This document shows positions 10,509 to 19,841 of a DNA stretch of 36,636 nt, in pieces. The position numbers and the translations under genes were made by a program. The notes under the pieces are model-generated. The model did no database searches and was not told the origin of the DNA. It was given only the letters and a program-made list of their open reading frames with translations. Location: IMG/VR virus record IMGVR_UViG_2778261643_000013. One strand, given 5' to 3'. Numbering within the stretch: position 1 is the stretch's first letter; each line of letters starts with the position of its first letter. The DNA is from a virus (Duplodnaviria; Heunggongvirae; Uroviricota; Caudoviricetes).

Positions 10509-11212
10509 TAACTGACGGTAACAGTGCAGGAAGTAGAGGTCACCTTGTTAACAGGGCTTGCTGAATCAGAAATCTCGCAGGTATACGCACCGGCATCACC
10601 GGATGCTGCTGATGTCTTACTGAACGTTGCCGCCGTCTGTCCGGAAACAGGAGAACCACCTTTTTTCCAGGCATAAGAATAAGGCGGCACACCACCCGCA
10701 GCCTCAACCGCCATTTCAAGTTTCGCTCCGGAAGAAACCCGCAGCGTGCTTTTTAAATCGACCTTCACTTTCAGCGGCTCTGTCGTCAGCACAGGTTTAC
10801 CTTTCAGGCGCAGAGAAAACGTTGCAGCCACAACACCATTGGTTCCTGCAGACCAGGTATGCTGACGCACCTCTGCCATAAAGGTAAATCCGTTGCCTGA
10901 CGGAAAAATAACTTTAAAGCCATACGTGGTGTCATTGTCATAGGCACTGCGCAACGCGTTCTGGGCAGCATTCAGATAAAAGTTGCCTGACATGGAAATC
11001 TCTGAAGCAGCCCCAAGGCCGTTAATATTTTCCTGCTCAACAGAACACAGCGTGGTGACATCAATATCCTGCTTTTGTCCTGCGGTAAACTGCACCTCTT
11101 TGATTGTACAGCTCAGGCCAAGATAGCTGGCAGAATCCAGGGTTTCTGCTGTTACCGGTGCAGACGAAATCATAATTTTCGTCAGTTGCGAACGCTCAAA
11201 ATTAGAGGGCAT
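10508..11212 (-). CDS. V: Major tail tube protein V with C-terminal Ig-like domain
   Basis: 234 aa; position upstream of G/T; C-terminal GGVPPYSYAWKKGG...YTC motif typical of Big_2 Ig-like domains. Confidence 0.85.
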   Translation of the reverse strand: MPSNFERSQLTKIMISSAPVTAETLDSASYLGLSCTIKEVQFTAGQKQDIDVTTLCSVEQENINGLGAASEISMSGNFYLNAAQNALRSAYDNDTTYGFKVIFPSGNGFTFMAEVRQHTWSAGTNGVVAATFSLRLKGKPVLTTEPLKVKVDLKSTLRVSSGAKLEMAVEAAGGVPPYSYAWKKGGSPVSGQTAATFSKTSAASGDAGAYTCEISDSASPVNKVTSTSCTVTVS

Positions 11213-11224
11213 ACTCGTCTCCTG

Positions 11225-11252
11225 AAAATAATAAAACCCGCCAGCGGCGGGT
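11225..11252 (-). terminator. Terminator-like hairpin upstream of V (ACCCGCC-GCT-GGCGGGT then U-rich)
   Basis: 7-bp GC stem followed by TTTTATTATTTT on the minus strand. Confidence 0.45.
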
Positions 11253-11272
11253 GGGTAAAATCATTAATGACC

Positions 11273-11617
11273 TCAGGCTATTACCTGGAATTCAAGCGTG
11301 GCTCTGCTCAGACGGGAGTCAGGATCATAACCCTGCGTTTTAGAAATAACGGAGGGTGCCAGTTTTCTTACCGCATCAAGCGCCTGCTCACGAATATTAT
11401 CTGCGTCATCAGGTACTGTCGCCCAGACATCGATCTGCACGGTAATTCTGGATTCAGCCTGCCCATCAAGCACATCAGATGCCGTGTCAGACACCACAGA
11501 AAACACCAGCCACGGCGGAGATACCGCAGGCTTTCCCTCCGTCAGCGGGACCACATAAGGATAAACCTGTCCTCCGGCCAGCTGAGACAACAGGGAATAC
11601 AGTGTGCCCTCCCTCAT
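11273..11617 (-). CDS. Tail terminator / tail completion-like protein (lambda U position)
   Basis: 114 aa immediately upstream of the major tail gene; ATGA start/stop overlap with the upstream gene. Confidence 0.55.
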   Translation of the reverse strand: MREGTLYSLLSQLAGGQVYPYVVPLTEGKPAVSPPWLVFSVVSDTASDVLDGQAESRITVQIDVWATVPDDADNIREQALDAVRKLAPSVISKTQGYDPDSRLSRATLEFQVIA

Positions 11618-12060
11618 TTACTTAAGACCTCATCAATAGCCTGATTCATTCGCTGTATGGCAACCTGCGCCGCCAGCTCCTCTGTCGTATCGAAAGCCGG
11701 GCGAATGAATGGATGCGCGGGCATGTTTATCGTTCCCAGCTCCACAAAGCGCCAGTAAAATGCATTTCGGGGATCGCTGGCTTTCATGCTGTTATCACTG
11801 TTTCCGGTTCGCAGGTTCCGTCCGCGAATGTGGACACCCGAGATAATTTCCCCCCGACGCTTTGAACGCTGAGTGAGAACAACCACATTTTTCTTCAGTT
11901 TCCCGGTTCGCTCCGGCGCACGTTCAACAACTGCATCCCGCATAACTTCAGCACCGGCACGGGTGGCATCGCGCAGAACCTTATTGTTTTCTGCCCTGCT
12001 GAGCGTCTCCAAATCCCGTGCAATATCCGCCAGGCCGGAAAAATCAAGACTGAAATCCAT
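11614..12060 (-). CDS. HK97 gp10-family neck/tail attachment protein
   Basis: 148 aa; position between head-closure and tail-terminator genes; translationally coupled (TGATG). Confidence 0.55.
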   Translation of the reverse strand: MDFSLDFSGLADIARDLETLSRAENNKVLRDATRAGAEVMRDAVVERAPERTGKLKKNVVVLTQRSKRRGEIISGVHIRGRNLRTGNSDNSMKASDPRNAFYWRFVELGTINMPAHPFIRPAFDTTEELAAQVAIQRMNQAIDEVLSK

Positions 12061-12398
12061 CACACATTCCCCTTCAGGCTGCAGAGTATTTCAAGCCGGG
12101 TAGCGCGTGCATCCGGTATTGGTGGACCTTCTATACCCAGAATGGCCCCTTTAAATGCACCGGTCAGCACTTTCAGACGTGAAGTCGCTGTCACATCGCG
12201 CCGGAATCTCATCCAGACTCTGACCGTAGCCTGAGCGGTTTCTGCTCCGCCTGAGATTATCTCCCTCCCGCTGATACCCTTAACTTCTGCCCATACGGTA
12301 GCTCCCTCCGTCACCGTCTCCACCGGATGCCCTGACGAAGAGCGGGCGGTGGTGACATTCAGAATAATTACGCGATCACGTAATCTGCCCGCCTGCAT
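12060..12398 (-). CDS. Head closure / head-tail adaptor protein
   Basis: 112 aa; strong SD (AGGAGGAG) before ATG at 12398. Confidence 0.6.
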   Translation of the reverse strand: MQAGRLRDRVIILNVTTARSSSGHPVETVTEGATVWAEVKGISGREIISGGAETAQATVRVWMRFRRDVTATSRLKVLTGAFKGAILGIEGPPIPDARATRLEILCSLKGNV

Positions 12399-12406
12399 GT
12401 CTCCTC

Positions 12407-12724
12407 CTACAAAGGAATAAAACGATAAGGCTCCAGCAGAGAAGAAAAACCAAACGGGACTGGTGCCTTGCTGACATCTGAGGAATTTTCCCGGTTTTCG
12501 TACCAGTGCCCGACCAGCAACATGAGCGCCAGCAAAACATCATCAGCTATAAGCACCCCTTCAGGATCACCTTCCGGCACCGTCTCCTCATAAAGCTTAC
12601 GGTTGATAAAATTTTCTGCCTTGCGGCAGGCAGCCCGGAAATACAGCATCAGTAACTCATCATCAGTTGCATCATCTGTATCAATACGGCACTGCGCCCT
12701 GAGTTTTTCCACTATTGCTGCCAT
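12407..12724 (-). CDS. Head-tail connector protein (gp6-like)
   Basis: ATG at 12724 preceded by AGGAG; the longer ORF to 12904 overlaps the capsid gene and the terminator. Confidence 0.6.
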   Translation of the reverse strand: MAAIVEKLRAQCRIDTDDATDDELLMLYFRAACRKAENFINRKLYEETVPEGDPEGVLIADDVLLALMLLVGHWYENRENSSDVSKAPVPFGFSSLLEPYRFIPL

Positions 12725-12756
12725 CAGAAACTCCTGCCCGCAACACTGTGCGGGCA

Positions 12757-12780
12757 TAAAAAAACCGCGTCGGCGCGGTC
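12757..12780 (-). terminator. Intrinsic terminator after the major capsid gene (ACCGCG-CCGA-CGCGGT then T7)
   Basis: 6-bp GC stem plus 7-nt U-run immediately after the capsid stop. Confidence 0.6.
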
Positions 12781-12800
12781 TGTAACTGAACAACGAGTGG

Positions 12801-14018
12801 TTATTTGCCAGTGAGCGCCTTGATGGCTGCCACATCTTCCAGCACACAGTCAAAACGATGGAAAGCCAGAAATGCCACCTGATCAAACTCAGCATAACGC
12901 TCAACCAGACGTTTCAGTTCCATATAAGTAACGCGGCGAATGATAAAGCGGTTGAAATCCCCCAGGAAAATGAATTTTTTTCCGGTACCAATCCCGTCAA
13001 TAGCCTGATCAATAACATAAGGGATCCCCAGCACAGTAGCCGGCGTACCGCCTGCAATATCCGGCAGCCATAACGGGCGTTTCTGTCCATCCTCCATCTC
13101 TTCAATAGTCTGCAATGTGGCATCATTGAATGCCCAGCGGTATTTCGGCCCACCACGATATGCCGGATCAATGGCATGTTTCAGGGCATTCATTTCTTTC
13201 CAGGTGAAAGCGGCAGAGGCTGCAGTCTGGATGGTTCCCGTCACCGACGCTGCCAGCCCTTTTGGCTGTAACGGTGATCCCGTTCCGGTCCCCTGAACCA
13301 GATATTTCGCCTCTCCACGACCAATACGCTGGGCAATACGGTTTGCCAGATAAGATTCAATATCCACCCCACTGTCCTGGAGCAGCTCATTGGACACACG
13401 AATTATTTTTGATGACAGCTTTTTAGCCCCCAGAATAGCGGTCCCGAACGTCACATCTTGTTCCGTTGCGGCTGTATTTTCCGCCAGCAGTTCGCCCTCT
13501 TCAGTCGTGCCATCAGACGTTGACCAGGTGATATCCTGCCCGGTTGATGTGGTCAGAAGTTGCGCCACACTGGCAATCCCGCCATAAGCCTTCATGGTGT
13601 CAATGATTTTGTTACGCATCTGCGTGGGCACCGTATATCCGCCCTGAGAATCCGTTGTTACACTCTGAGCCCGCAGTTCACGCATCAGATTACGCTCTTC
13701 AGCATTCAGTTCTGCAAATCCGGCACGCAGAAAACGGTTAAATGCCGCAGCGCGCTTCTCTTCCACCGCCTTTTTCCCGTTCTCCGCCTCATTATTCTGG
13801 CGCTCTTCCGGCGCGGACTCATCCACATATGCCTGATCCTGACGGCGCAACTCTTCTTCACGGGCGATTTGCTCATCCAGCGCATCCAGCTCAGCTTTCG
13901 CCCTGTTCCACTCTGCCCGTTGCTCATCAGTCCATGCGTTATCACCAATTTTTTCATGCAGTGCACGCATATCCTTTGCAATGGTGTTTCGTTTTTGCTT
14001 CATCTCATGAAGTTTCAT
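12801..14018 (-). CDS. Major capsid protein, HK97 fold
   Basis: 405 aa with N-terminal coiled-coil delta-domain-like region; follows the prohead protease. Confidence 0.9.
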   Translation of the reverse strand: MKLHEMKQKRNTIAKDMRALHEKIGDNAWTDEQRAEWNRAKAELDALDEQIAREEELRRQDQAYVDESAPEERQNNEAENGKKAVEEKRAAAFNRFLRAGFAELNAEERNLMRELRAQSVTTDSQGGYTVPTQMRNKIIDTMKAYGGIASVAQLLTTSTGQDITWSTSDGTTEEGELLAENTAATEQDVTFGTAILGAKKLSSKIIRVSNELLQDSGVDIESYLANRIAQRIGRGEAKYLVQGTGTGSPLQPKGLAASVTGTIQTAASAAFTWKEMNALKHAIDPAYRGGPKYRWAFNDATLQTIEEMEDGQKRPLWLPDIAGGTPATVLGIPYVIDQAIDGIGTGKKFIFLGDFNRFIIRRVTYMELKRLVERYAEFDQVAFLAFHRFDCVLEDVAAIKALTGK

Positions 14019-14032
14019 CGTCAGTAGTATCC

Positions 14033-14632
14033 TTATGCATTAAGAAGGGTCAAAAGACGCTCACGCGCCATTCGTTCGTTAACAGCTTTCTTCAGCGCAC
14101 CACTCGCCCGCGCTTCCTGCCAGGCTTTCATTGAGCGGACACCGGAGTCTGCGTCCTGATAGGCCGGATATGTCACCGGGCTGACGTCATACAGACGAGA
14201 AATGCGCGTGATTTCCCGGATAACAATCCCCTCGTCGTCTTCATACCAGCTCTCTCCATCACGGGCGACGCGAAACGCGAACGAGGACTGATTAATGTCA
14301 CCACGCAACATTGGTGACAGCACCAGGTCACAAATCGTCGGCGTATCCGGTGCAACAATGTCATAACGCAAACCACGTTCATCCACTGATAATGACAACG
14401 TGCCGGCAGAACTTCGTCCGAGAATGAAATTAGGATCATGATTAAACAAGCCACGTACATCATCATTCAGCACGTCGTCAAAAGCCCCCGGCTTGATGAT
14501 TTCACGAAATCCCCACAGAGGTTCTGAACGACAGTTAAATACCGAGCCATACCCCAAAATATGAGTCGGGGCATTATCATATTGTTCTGCCCGCACTTCC
14601 CCGCTGTAACAGCGCGTTTCACGGTCATTCAT
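14033..14632 (-). CDS. Prohead protease (HK97 family)
   Basis: ATG at 14632 preceded by AGAGGA; longer ORF from 14671 overlaps portal. Confidence 0.8.
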   Translation of the reverse strand: MNDRETRCYSGEVRAEQYDNAPTHILGYGSVFNCRSEPLWGFREIIKPGAFDDVLNDDVRGLFNHDPNFILGRSSAGTLSLSVDERGLRYDIVAPDTPTICDLVLSPMLRGDINQSSFAFRVARDGESWYEDDEGIVIREITRISRLYDVSPVTYPAYQDADSGVRSMKAWQEARASGALKKAVNERMARERLLTLLNA

Positions 14633-15851
14633 CGTTCTTTTCCTCTTTGCCTTTCGTATCTTTAAAATCATTCAACGGATTTGCTGCATTTACGCTGACC
14701 AGCATTTCATCCAGACCATCAACCGGGTTCATGTCCTCAAATGCCCTCGCTTCATTCCGGCTCATCCAGCCATCTGTAATGGCAAAGTGATAGAACTGCG
14801 CACGCTCCTGTGGGGTCCCACGGAGCAACCCCGTGAGGTTGAAACGAACGTAATACCCGGCAGCCCGTTCTGTACGGGTAAACAGGCGACGGTTAAGCTC
14901 CTGCTCCCAGTTCGCAACCCAGGGCATCATCGTGTAGCGAACAAACTGAATAGCCTGCTGCGTAATATTCGAAAATGTGGCTTTTTCCAGGTCATTAATC
15001 ATGTGCGCCGGGACATTAAAAATCCCTGCAATCATCGACCTATTCAGCTTGGTCATATCAATGATCTGAGCATCCACCGGAGAAACTGTCAGAGCGCGGT
15101 AATCCAGTTGCGCAGGCAACAGCATGGTTTTATTTTCCTGGCTGCGAAGCGCTGTCACCGCCCGCTGCCACATATTTTTAAGCCTGCCCCAGCTCTGTTC
15201 GTTCAGTTCATTTTTCACAGAAATAATACCGGCAGGACGGGCATTACCGTTAAAAAAGGCGCTGGTATACTGCTGGCCACTCATTCCCATACCAATGGTT
15301 TCAGCATGCTGCATGATCGGGCTCAGTCCCATTTTCTGATTGTTTCCCAGCGCCCTGATATGGATCATGTCGTCCGGACTTACCGCAAATGCACCCTCTT
15401 CGTTATACACCCCGTAAGTATGACGCCCACCGGTGTTAAGTAACGTGGTTTCCCATGGCATACAGCATTCAAGGCTGGTAACCTCGCCACGACGATTACG
15501 TTTTACCCACGTATAACCATTGCCCCACCCCAGCACATGACGCTGCTTCAGTTCCCGCCACTTATAGCTGGTCTGCCAGGCATTAGGTTCATCATGAACG
15601 AGCCAGAACAACGGATGATCGCGTGCCGGCTGAACATGCTCATTCGTTTTTCGCATCACATGCAGGGGCATCTGAGCCACACTGGATGAAATAACATAAA
15701 TACAGGCATAGACAGCAGCCAGCTTCATGGATGTTTCCGGACTGACATACACATCCCGGGCAAAAATATTATCCGTCTCAGCGGCCTCTCCGGTTACCGG
15801 AACCGAGGGATTTTCCAGAGGCTCACTGCGAAACAGAGCATCAAGAAGCAT
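14625..15851 (-). CDS. Portal protein
   Basis: 408 aa between TerL and the protease; ATG at 15851. Confidence 0.9.
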   Translation of the reverse strand: MLLDALFRSEPLENPSVPVTGEAAETDNIFARDVYVSPETSMKLAAVYACIYVISSSVAQMPLHVMRKTNEHVQPARDHPLFWLVHDEPNAWQTSYKWRELKQRHVLGWGNGYTWVKRNRRGEVTSLECCMPWETTLLNTGGRHTYGVYNEEGAFAVSPDDMIHIRALGNNQKMGLSPIMQHAETIGMGMSGQQYTSAFFNGNARPAGIISVKNELNEQSWGRLKNMWQRAVTALRSQENKTMLLPAQLDYRALTVSPVDAQIIDMTKLNRSMIAGIFNVPAHMINDLEKATFSNITQQAIQFVRYTMMPWVANWEQELNRRLFTRTERAAGYYVRFNLTGLLRGTPQERAQFYHFAITDGWMSRNEARAFEDMNPVDGLDEMLVSVNAANPLNDFKDTKGKEEKNDE

Positions 15852-15981
15852 GTTTTCTCCTCATGGACACCACCAGTGCATAAAGCAGCAACAAACAGCC
15901 AGACAGCATCAGAGACGCTGGCAGACCTGCATACAGATAAACGCCAGCAGTGAGCAGACCGAAACCGATCAGCCCAGTCAT
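15841..15981 (-). CDS. Possible small hydrophobic membrane protein (46 aa)
   Basis: ATG at 15981; MTGLIGFGLLTAGVYLYAGLPASLMLSGCLLLLYALVVSMRRKHAS fills the terL-portal gap; stop overlaps the portal start; no clear SD. Confidence 0.3.
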   Translation of the reverse strand: MTGLIGFGLLTAGVYLYAGLPASLMLSGCLLLLYALVVSMRRKHAS

Positions 15982-15998
15982 ATCAGTAATAAGCTGTT

Positions 15999-17756
15999 TC
16001 ACAGAATTAACAGGTCCTCATCAGGATCAAGCGTGGACAGAAAGTCATTCACGCCCCCGCCATTTACCAGAAAGCGGCTCATGGCTGTAAAAAGCGCAAC
16101 AGGGCCGTCGATTTTGGCTTCCGGCGTGGATTTATTCGGGAAGATGTTGTCGTTTTTGTCCGGTTTTACAGTAACGTTAGACATCATCCAGTTCATGACC
16201 GGATGATTGCTGTGATGGAAACGCCCGGCATAAACCAGTGATTCCGTTTCCTTCATGGCCTCTGACAGATTGCGGACCGTCTGCGGAACCTCCACCAGCG
16301 GTATCCCTTCTTCAGCCAGTGCCAGGCTGAACTGCATTGCGCTCCACGGGTCAAATCCCAGTTCCCTGAGGTTTTCACCGCCAATCCATTCCAGTAAGTC
16401 ACTTTTTATCTGAGCATGATCGATAACATCACCATCAGTCAGGATGAGCTTATCCATCTCCGCCCACTTCCGGTAAAGTTCTGCCTGCTGCCGCGAGCAT
16501 CGTTCCAGCCGTCCTTCCGGAAGCCAGAATTTAAAATCAGCATGAACATGTCCGTTATCGGTTCGCCAGAGTTTTGCCGCCGCACAGATATCAATCTTAT
16601 GAGCAAGGTCGACGCCGACCCACATGGGATATGTTTTCAGCTCATGTTGTGGAGCAATGTATTCGCACTTCTCCCACTTAATCATATCCATCCAGGCAGA
16701 TTCGGCAGTGACCCACACATTCATGTGTTTGGTAAAAAAATTCACCCGCGCAGAGACCTGCTCCTTCGCTTTTTTCGCCAGACGACGCAGATCATCCCAG
16801 CGTTTACAGATGCCCAGGCCAGGATTCGCTTTCTGCCAGACCGTTTCATCAAACGGATCATCTCCCTCATCGAGCGTGTAAATGATCGCAAAGTAAGAGT
16901 CGTCTTTTACAGCGCCCTCCACGTCGCTGTTATAGCCTCGCAATACCTTGATGGCGTAATCACGCTGCTCGTAACAAATCCCTTCCTTGTTAAAGCCAGC
17001 CGTGGTGATACCAAATAACAGGGACTGCAGACGGGCACCGGTTGCTGTTTCCAGAACGTCCCACACGTCGCGGGTTTTATGTGCATGCAGCTCATCAATA
17101 ATGGCACAGTGGATGTTCAGACCGTCCAGATTGTTTGCATCCGAGGAAAGCGGTTCAAATTTTGATGCGCTCTGCTCCTGGTAAATCGCCAGCTTGTTGA
17201 AGTCAAACAACCGCCCGAGTGTCGACCGGGCTTTTCTGACCATATTTTTGGCGTCTTCAAACACGATTCTGGCCTGATCACGCGTGGTTGCGGCTGAATA
17301 CACCTCAGCACCACCTTCACCATCTGCCCCCGTCATATACAGACCGATACCCGATGACAGGGTTGATTTTGCGTTTTTACGGGCGACTTCGTTGTACGCC
17401 GTCCGGAACCGGCGCACCATCACCGGGCGTCCACTGCCATCGCTGCGCATGACAACTTCCCCGGTCTCTTCATTCACCAGCGGAATGACAAAACCAAAAA
17501 TATTAATGAGGATAAATACATGCCAGTCCATCAGTTCAATGGGCTGGCCTGCCAGCGCCCCTTTCACATGAGGCACAAATTTGTAGAAATTCAGGATGTG
17601 CTGCGCACGGGGTTCACTGAAATAAATCCCCCGCTCTTCGCCGTACTTCAGATCATCAAGAAAACGCTGGCAGGCTAGGCGGACAAATTCGCCAGCAACA
17701 ATTTCTCCTGCAACAACACGTTCGGCGTAGCGGATCCCGTCAGCCACTTTTGCCAT
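15999..17756 (-). CDS. Terminase large subunit
   Basis: 585 aa; position after TerS with 1-nt stop/start overlap. Confidence 0.9.
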   Translation of the reverse strand: MAKVADGIRYAERVVAGEIVAGEFVRLACQRFLDDLKYGEERGIYFSEPRAQHILNFYKFVPHVKGALAGQPIELMDWHVFILINIFGFVIPLVNEETGEVVMRSDGSGRPVMVRRFRTAYNEVARKNAKSTLSSGIGLYMTGADGEGGAEVYSAATTRDQARIVFEDAKNMVRKARSTLGRLFDFNKLAIYQEQSASKFEPLSSDANNLDGLNIHCAIIDELHAHKTRDVWDVLETATGARLQSLLFGITTAGFNKEGICYEQRDYAIKVLRGYNSDVEGAVKDDSYFAIIYTLDEGDDPFDETVWQKANPGLGICKRWDDLRRLAKKAKEQVSARVNFFTKHMNVWVTAESAWMDMIKWEKCEYIAPQHELKTYPMWVGVDLAHKIDICAAAKLWRTDNGHVHADFKFWLPEGRLERCSRQQAELYRKWAEMDKLILTDGDVIDHAQIKSDLLEWIGGENLRELGFDPWSAMQFSLALAEEGIPLVEVPQTVRNLSEAMKETESLVYAGRFHHSNHPVMNWMMSNVTVKPDKNDNIFPNKSTPEAKIDGPVALFTAMSRFLVNGGGVNDFLSTLDPDEDLLIL

Positions 17757-18238
17757 CAGTCTCTCGCTTTTAAAAGCTCCGCCAGCGGATCAACATCATC
17801 CGGTCCGGCGGTATTTACTTTCGCCCGGCTTGCCGGTGACATACCAAATTCTGCAAGCATCGCCCGGATCCGCTTCCAGGCATCCGCTTTCATCGCAGCA
17901 GCCGGGTGTGCCTTAATCAGCACATCACCGTTCTGCGTTTCCGTGCGGTAGGTATACCCCTCAACATCGAGTGTTTCGCAGTGATGCCGGTATTCGGTGT
18001 AGGCTTCCACCAGTAACTCGAGTGCACGCGCATCAAGCTGAGAAATGATCCCTTCCGCATTCAGTTCTTCCGCCATTCGCCTGAACCAGTACTTCCCCTG
18101 CGACCCTAAATGTTGCGGAATTTTAGGGAGACATTTTTCATCCTTTTTAGCGGTTTTTTTTGGGTCTTTAACGGGGCGCTTTGAGGGGTTGCCTCGTATC
18201 AAATGCAGGCGTGGCGGGGTTTTCAGGGGTCCTGGCAT
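17756..18238 (-). CDS. Terminase small subunit (P27-like)
   Basis: 160 aa, basic N-terminus; directly upstream of TerL. Confidence 0.8.
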   Translation of the reverse strand: MPGPLKTPPRLHLIRGNPSKRPVKDPKKTAKKDEKCLPKIPQHLGSQGKYWFRRMAEELNAEGIISQLDARALELLVEAYTEYRHHCETLDVEGYTYRTETQNGDVLIKAHPAAAMKADAWKRIRAMLAEFGMSPASRAKVNTAGPDDVDPLAELLKARD

Positions 18239-18385
18239 AATCTATTTTACCTATCAATCATTTAATCACATTCCAAAAAAAAGTTTTCGAACCTGCGGCG
18301 ATGCGAGGAAAGGTCAGGCGGCGGTACTGAACAGCCAGGGTTGCAGAGATTTGACCCGCCCCTCCCCTGCAGATGGGAGCTGTTA
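18239..18385. other. Candidate cos / packaging-signal region
   Basis: 147-bp non-coding gap between HNH and TerS, the usual cos location in HNH-terS-terL phages; GC-rich AGGTCAGGCGGCGG block. Confidence 0.25.
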
Positions 18386-18736
18386 TCAATTGATGCGTTC
18401 GCGCGCTGTTTTTGCTTTATGACAGGGCCAGCACAGACTCTGCAGGTTACTGTCTGCATCCGTGCCACCATGAGCTTTCGGAATGATGTGGTCCACAGTT
18501 CTGGCTTCAACGGCTCTCCCATTGCGCAGGCAGTTCTGACACAGATGATTATCACGCTTCAGTATGCGCGCACGTATGGCATCCCATTTCGAGCCATAGC
18601 CACGCTGGTGGCGGCTCAGTCCGCGTTGATGCTGTACCCATCCTTCGCCACGATGTTTATCGCAGTAACCAGAACTGTCTGTGGTTGTACCTGCACATCC
18701 ACGCTTACGGCAGGCGCGTGGGATTAGTGCTGGCAT
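18386..18736 (-). CDS. HNH endonuclease (packaging-associated)
   Basis: 116 aa with Cys-rich zinc-finger and ...VDHIIPKAHGG...N...LCWPCH... HNH motif. Confidence 0.85.
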   Translation of the reverse strand: MPALIPRACRKRGCAGTTTDSSGYCDKHRGEGWVQHQRGLSRHQRGYGSKWDAIRARILKRDNHLCQNCLRNGRAVEARTVDHIIPKAHGGTDADSNLQSLCWPCHKAKTARERIN

Positions 18737-18874
18737 GTTTCGCCCTTATATAAATCAAAGGTGACCTGCATTGAGTATCTCCATGGAATAGATTTGCTGC
18801 TGATATGAGACAGATCAATAGACTTCATGAGCCAACGGGTGTAGATATTACTTTTTACTTCAGAGGGTTAACTC

Positions 18875-19414
18875 ATGGATATTAAAGATAAAATCAATAC
18901 CATTTTGTTATGTGACATTGCCATCCACCTAGGTATCGAAACTGATATTGATCCACAGCTTGTTAAATATGCTGTGTCATCTGGTAATGATTGGGTTATC
19001 AAGGCCGAATATTCACATTTGGATGTTGACGAACCAAGTAAAGAAGATCGTGATTTTGTTACTGCTGTCTTGAATATGTATCGCGGACTTTCCAATACTT
19101 TCAGGAAACTTAGTGATGACGAGCAAAAAGAATTAGTCCGTGACCATCATCTAAAAATACATGATGGGGCAATTCAGCTCCCAGGTTTCGACGGTAATAA
19201 TGAATGCGATTACTTCAGTATCATTGAGGCGTATCAGAAATTTGATCGCTTCCCCGAACAGAAACAGCCCATTGCCAATACTCATTCACTTACAGAACAT
19301 CTCTATAACGCAATGCTTGATGAGTGTAAGAAAATTGACGCTGTAAATCGAAGCTGGGATTTATCGAAGGAAGAACTGGCATCCATTCTTTCCACAGCTC
19401 CACGCAGTTTCTAA
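18875..19414 (+). CDS. YfbU-family (UPF0304) protein, moron opposite to the late operon
   Basis: 179 aa; ATG at 18875 with GAGGG SD; AT-rich relative to flanks; resembles E. coli YfbU from memory. Confidence 0.7.
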   Translation: MDIKDKINTILLCDIAIHLGIETDIDPQLVKYAVSSGNDWVIKAEYSHLDVDEPSKEDRDFVTAVLNMYRGLSNTFRKLSDDEQKELVRDHHLKIHDGAIQLPGFDGNNECDYFSIIEAYQKFDRFPEQKQPIANTHSLTEHLYNAMLDECKKIDAVNRSWDLSKEELASILSTAPRSF

Positions 19415-19419
19415 GTGCT

Positions 19420-19686
19420 TTAGGCGGGTTTCCAACCCGCCTTATTATGCTCGCATATAGAGAAGGAAGCACCCAAATTAACCAGCGCGGATTTCTTTTC
19501 CTCAATACGGCTGTCAAGTTCAGCAACTGCATGCGGGCGTATGGCCTCAAGAAAAGCACTATATTGATAGGCAGACTGGATTGTCACACCAAGCCCTGCA
19601 CCACTTTCCAGTATACCTTTCTGTCGCTGTAGCTCTTTCATCTCGTTATAGATGTAATGTGCGTTACTTAGGTTTTCTACGTTCAC
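19420..19686 (-). CDS. Hypothetical protein (88 aa), doubtful
   Basis: GTG start, weak SD, 3' end runs through the hairpin at 19422-19442. Confidence 0.25.
   Translation of the reverse strand: MNVENLSNAHYIYNEMKELQRQKGILESGAGLGVTIQSAYQYSAFLEAIRPHAVAELDSRIEEKKSALVNLGASFSICEHNKAGWKPA
19422..19448 (+). terminator. Strong hairpin after the YfbU-like gene (AGGCGGGTT-TCC-AACCCGCCT)
   Basis: 9-bp stem with 3-nt loop, 8 nt after the stop; weak U tract (TATTAT). Confidence 0.5.
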
Positions 19687-19841
19687 GCCCTAAGTTCTTC
19701 CTGCAGTTAGCCTGCACTGATTTGTTATGCGCCAATATGTCCCGCTTCGTCTGTTGCATTATCATAAGTAATAGCGTAGGTTGACACCTTGGCTCTCTTT
19801 CGCCACCGACGAATCTTCAGCGGATTATCCTTGGCCGGTTT

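Noticed and set aside
12725-12904. N-terminal extension of the head-tail connector ORF
   Set aside because: Would overlap the capsid gene by about 100 nt and translate through the terminator hairpin; ATG at 12724 has a proper SD.
15727-16206. 159-aa plus-strand ORF spanning the terL-portal gap
   Set aside because: Antisense to terL and portal ends, Ser/Arg-rich; the minus-strand small ORF is the more plausible occupant.
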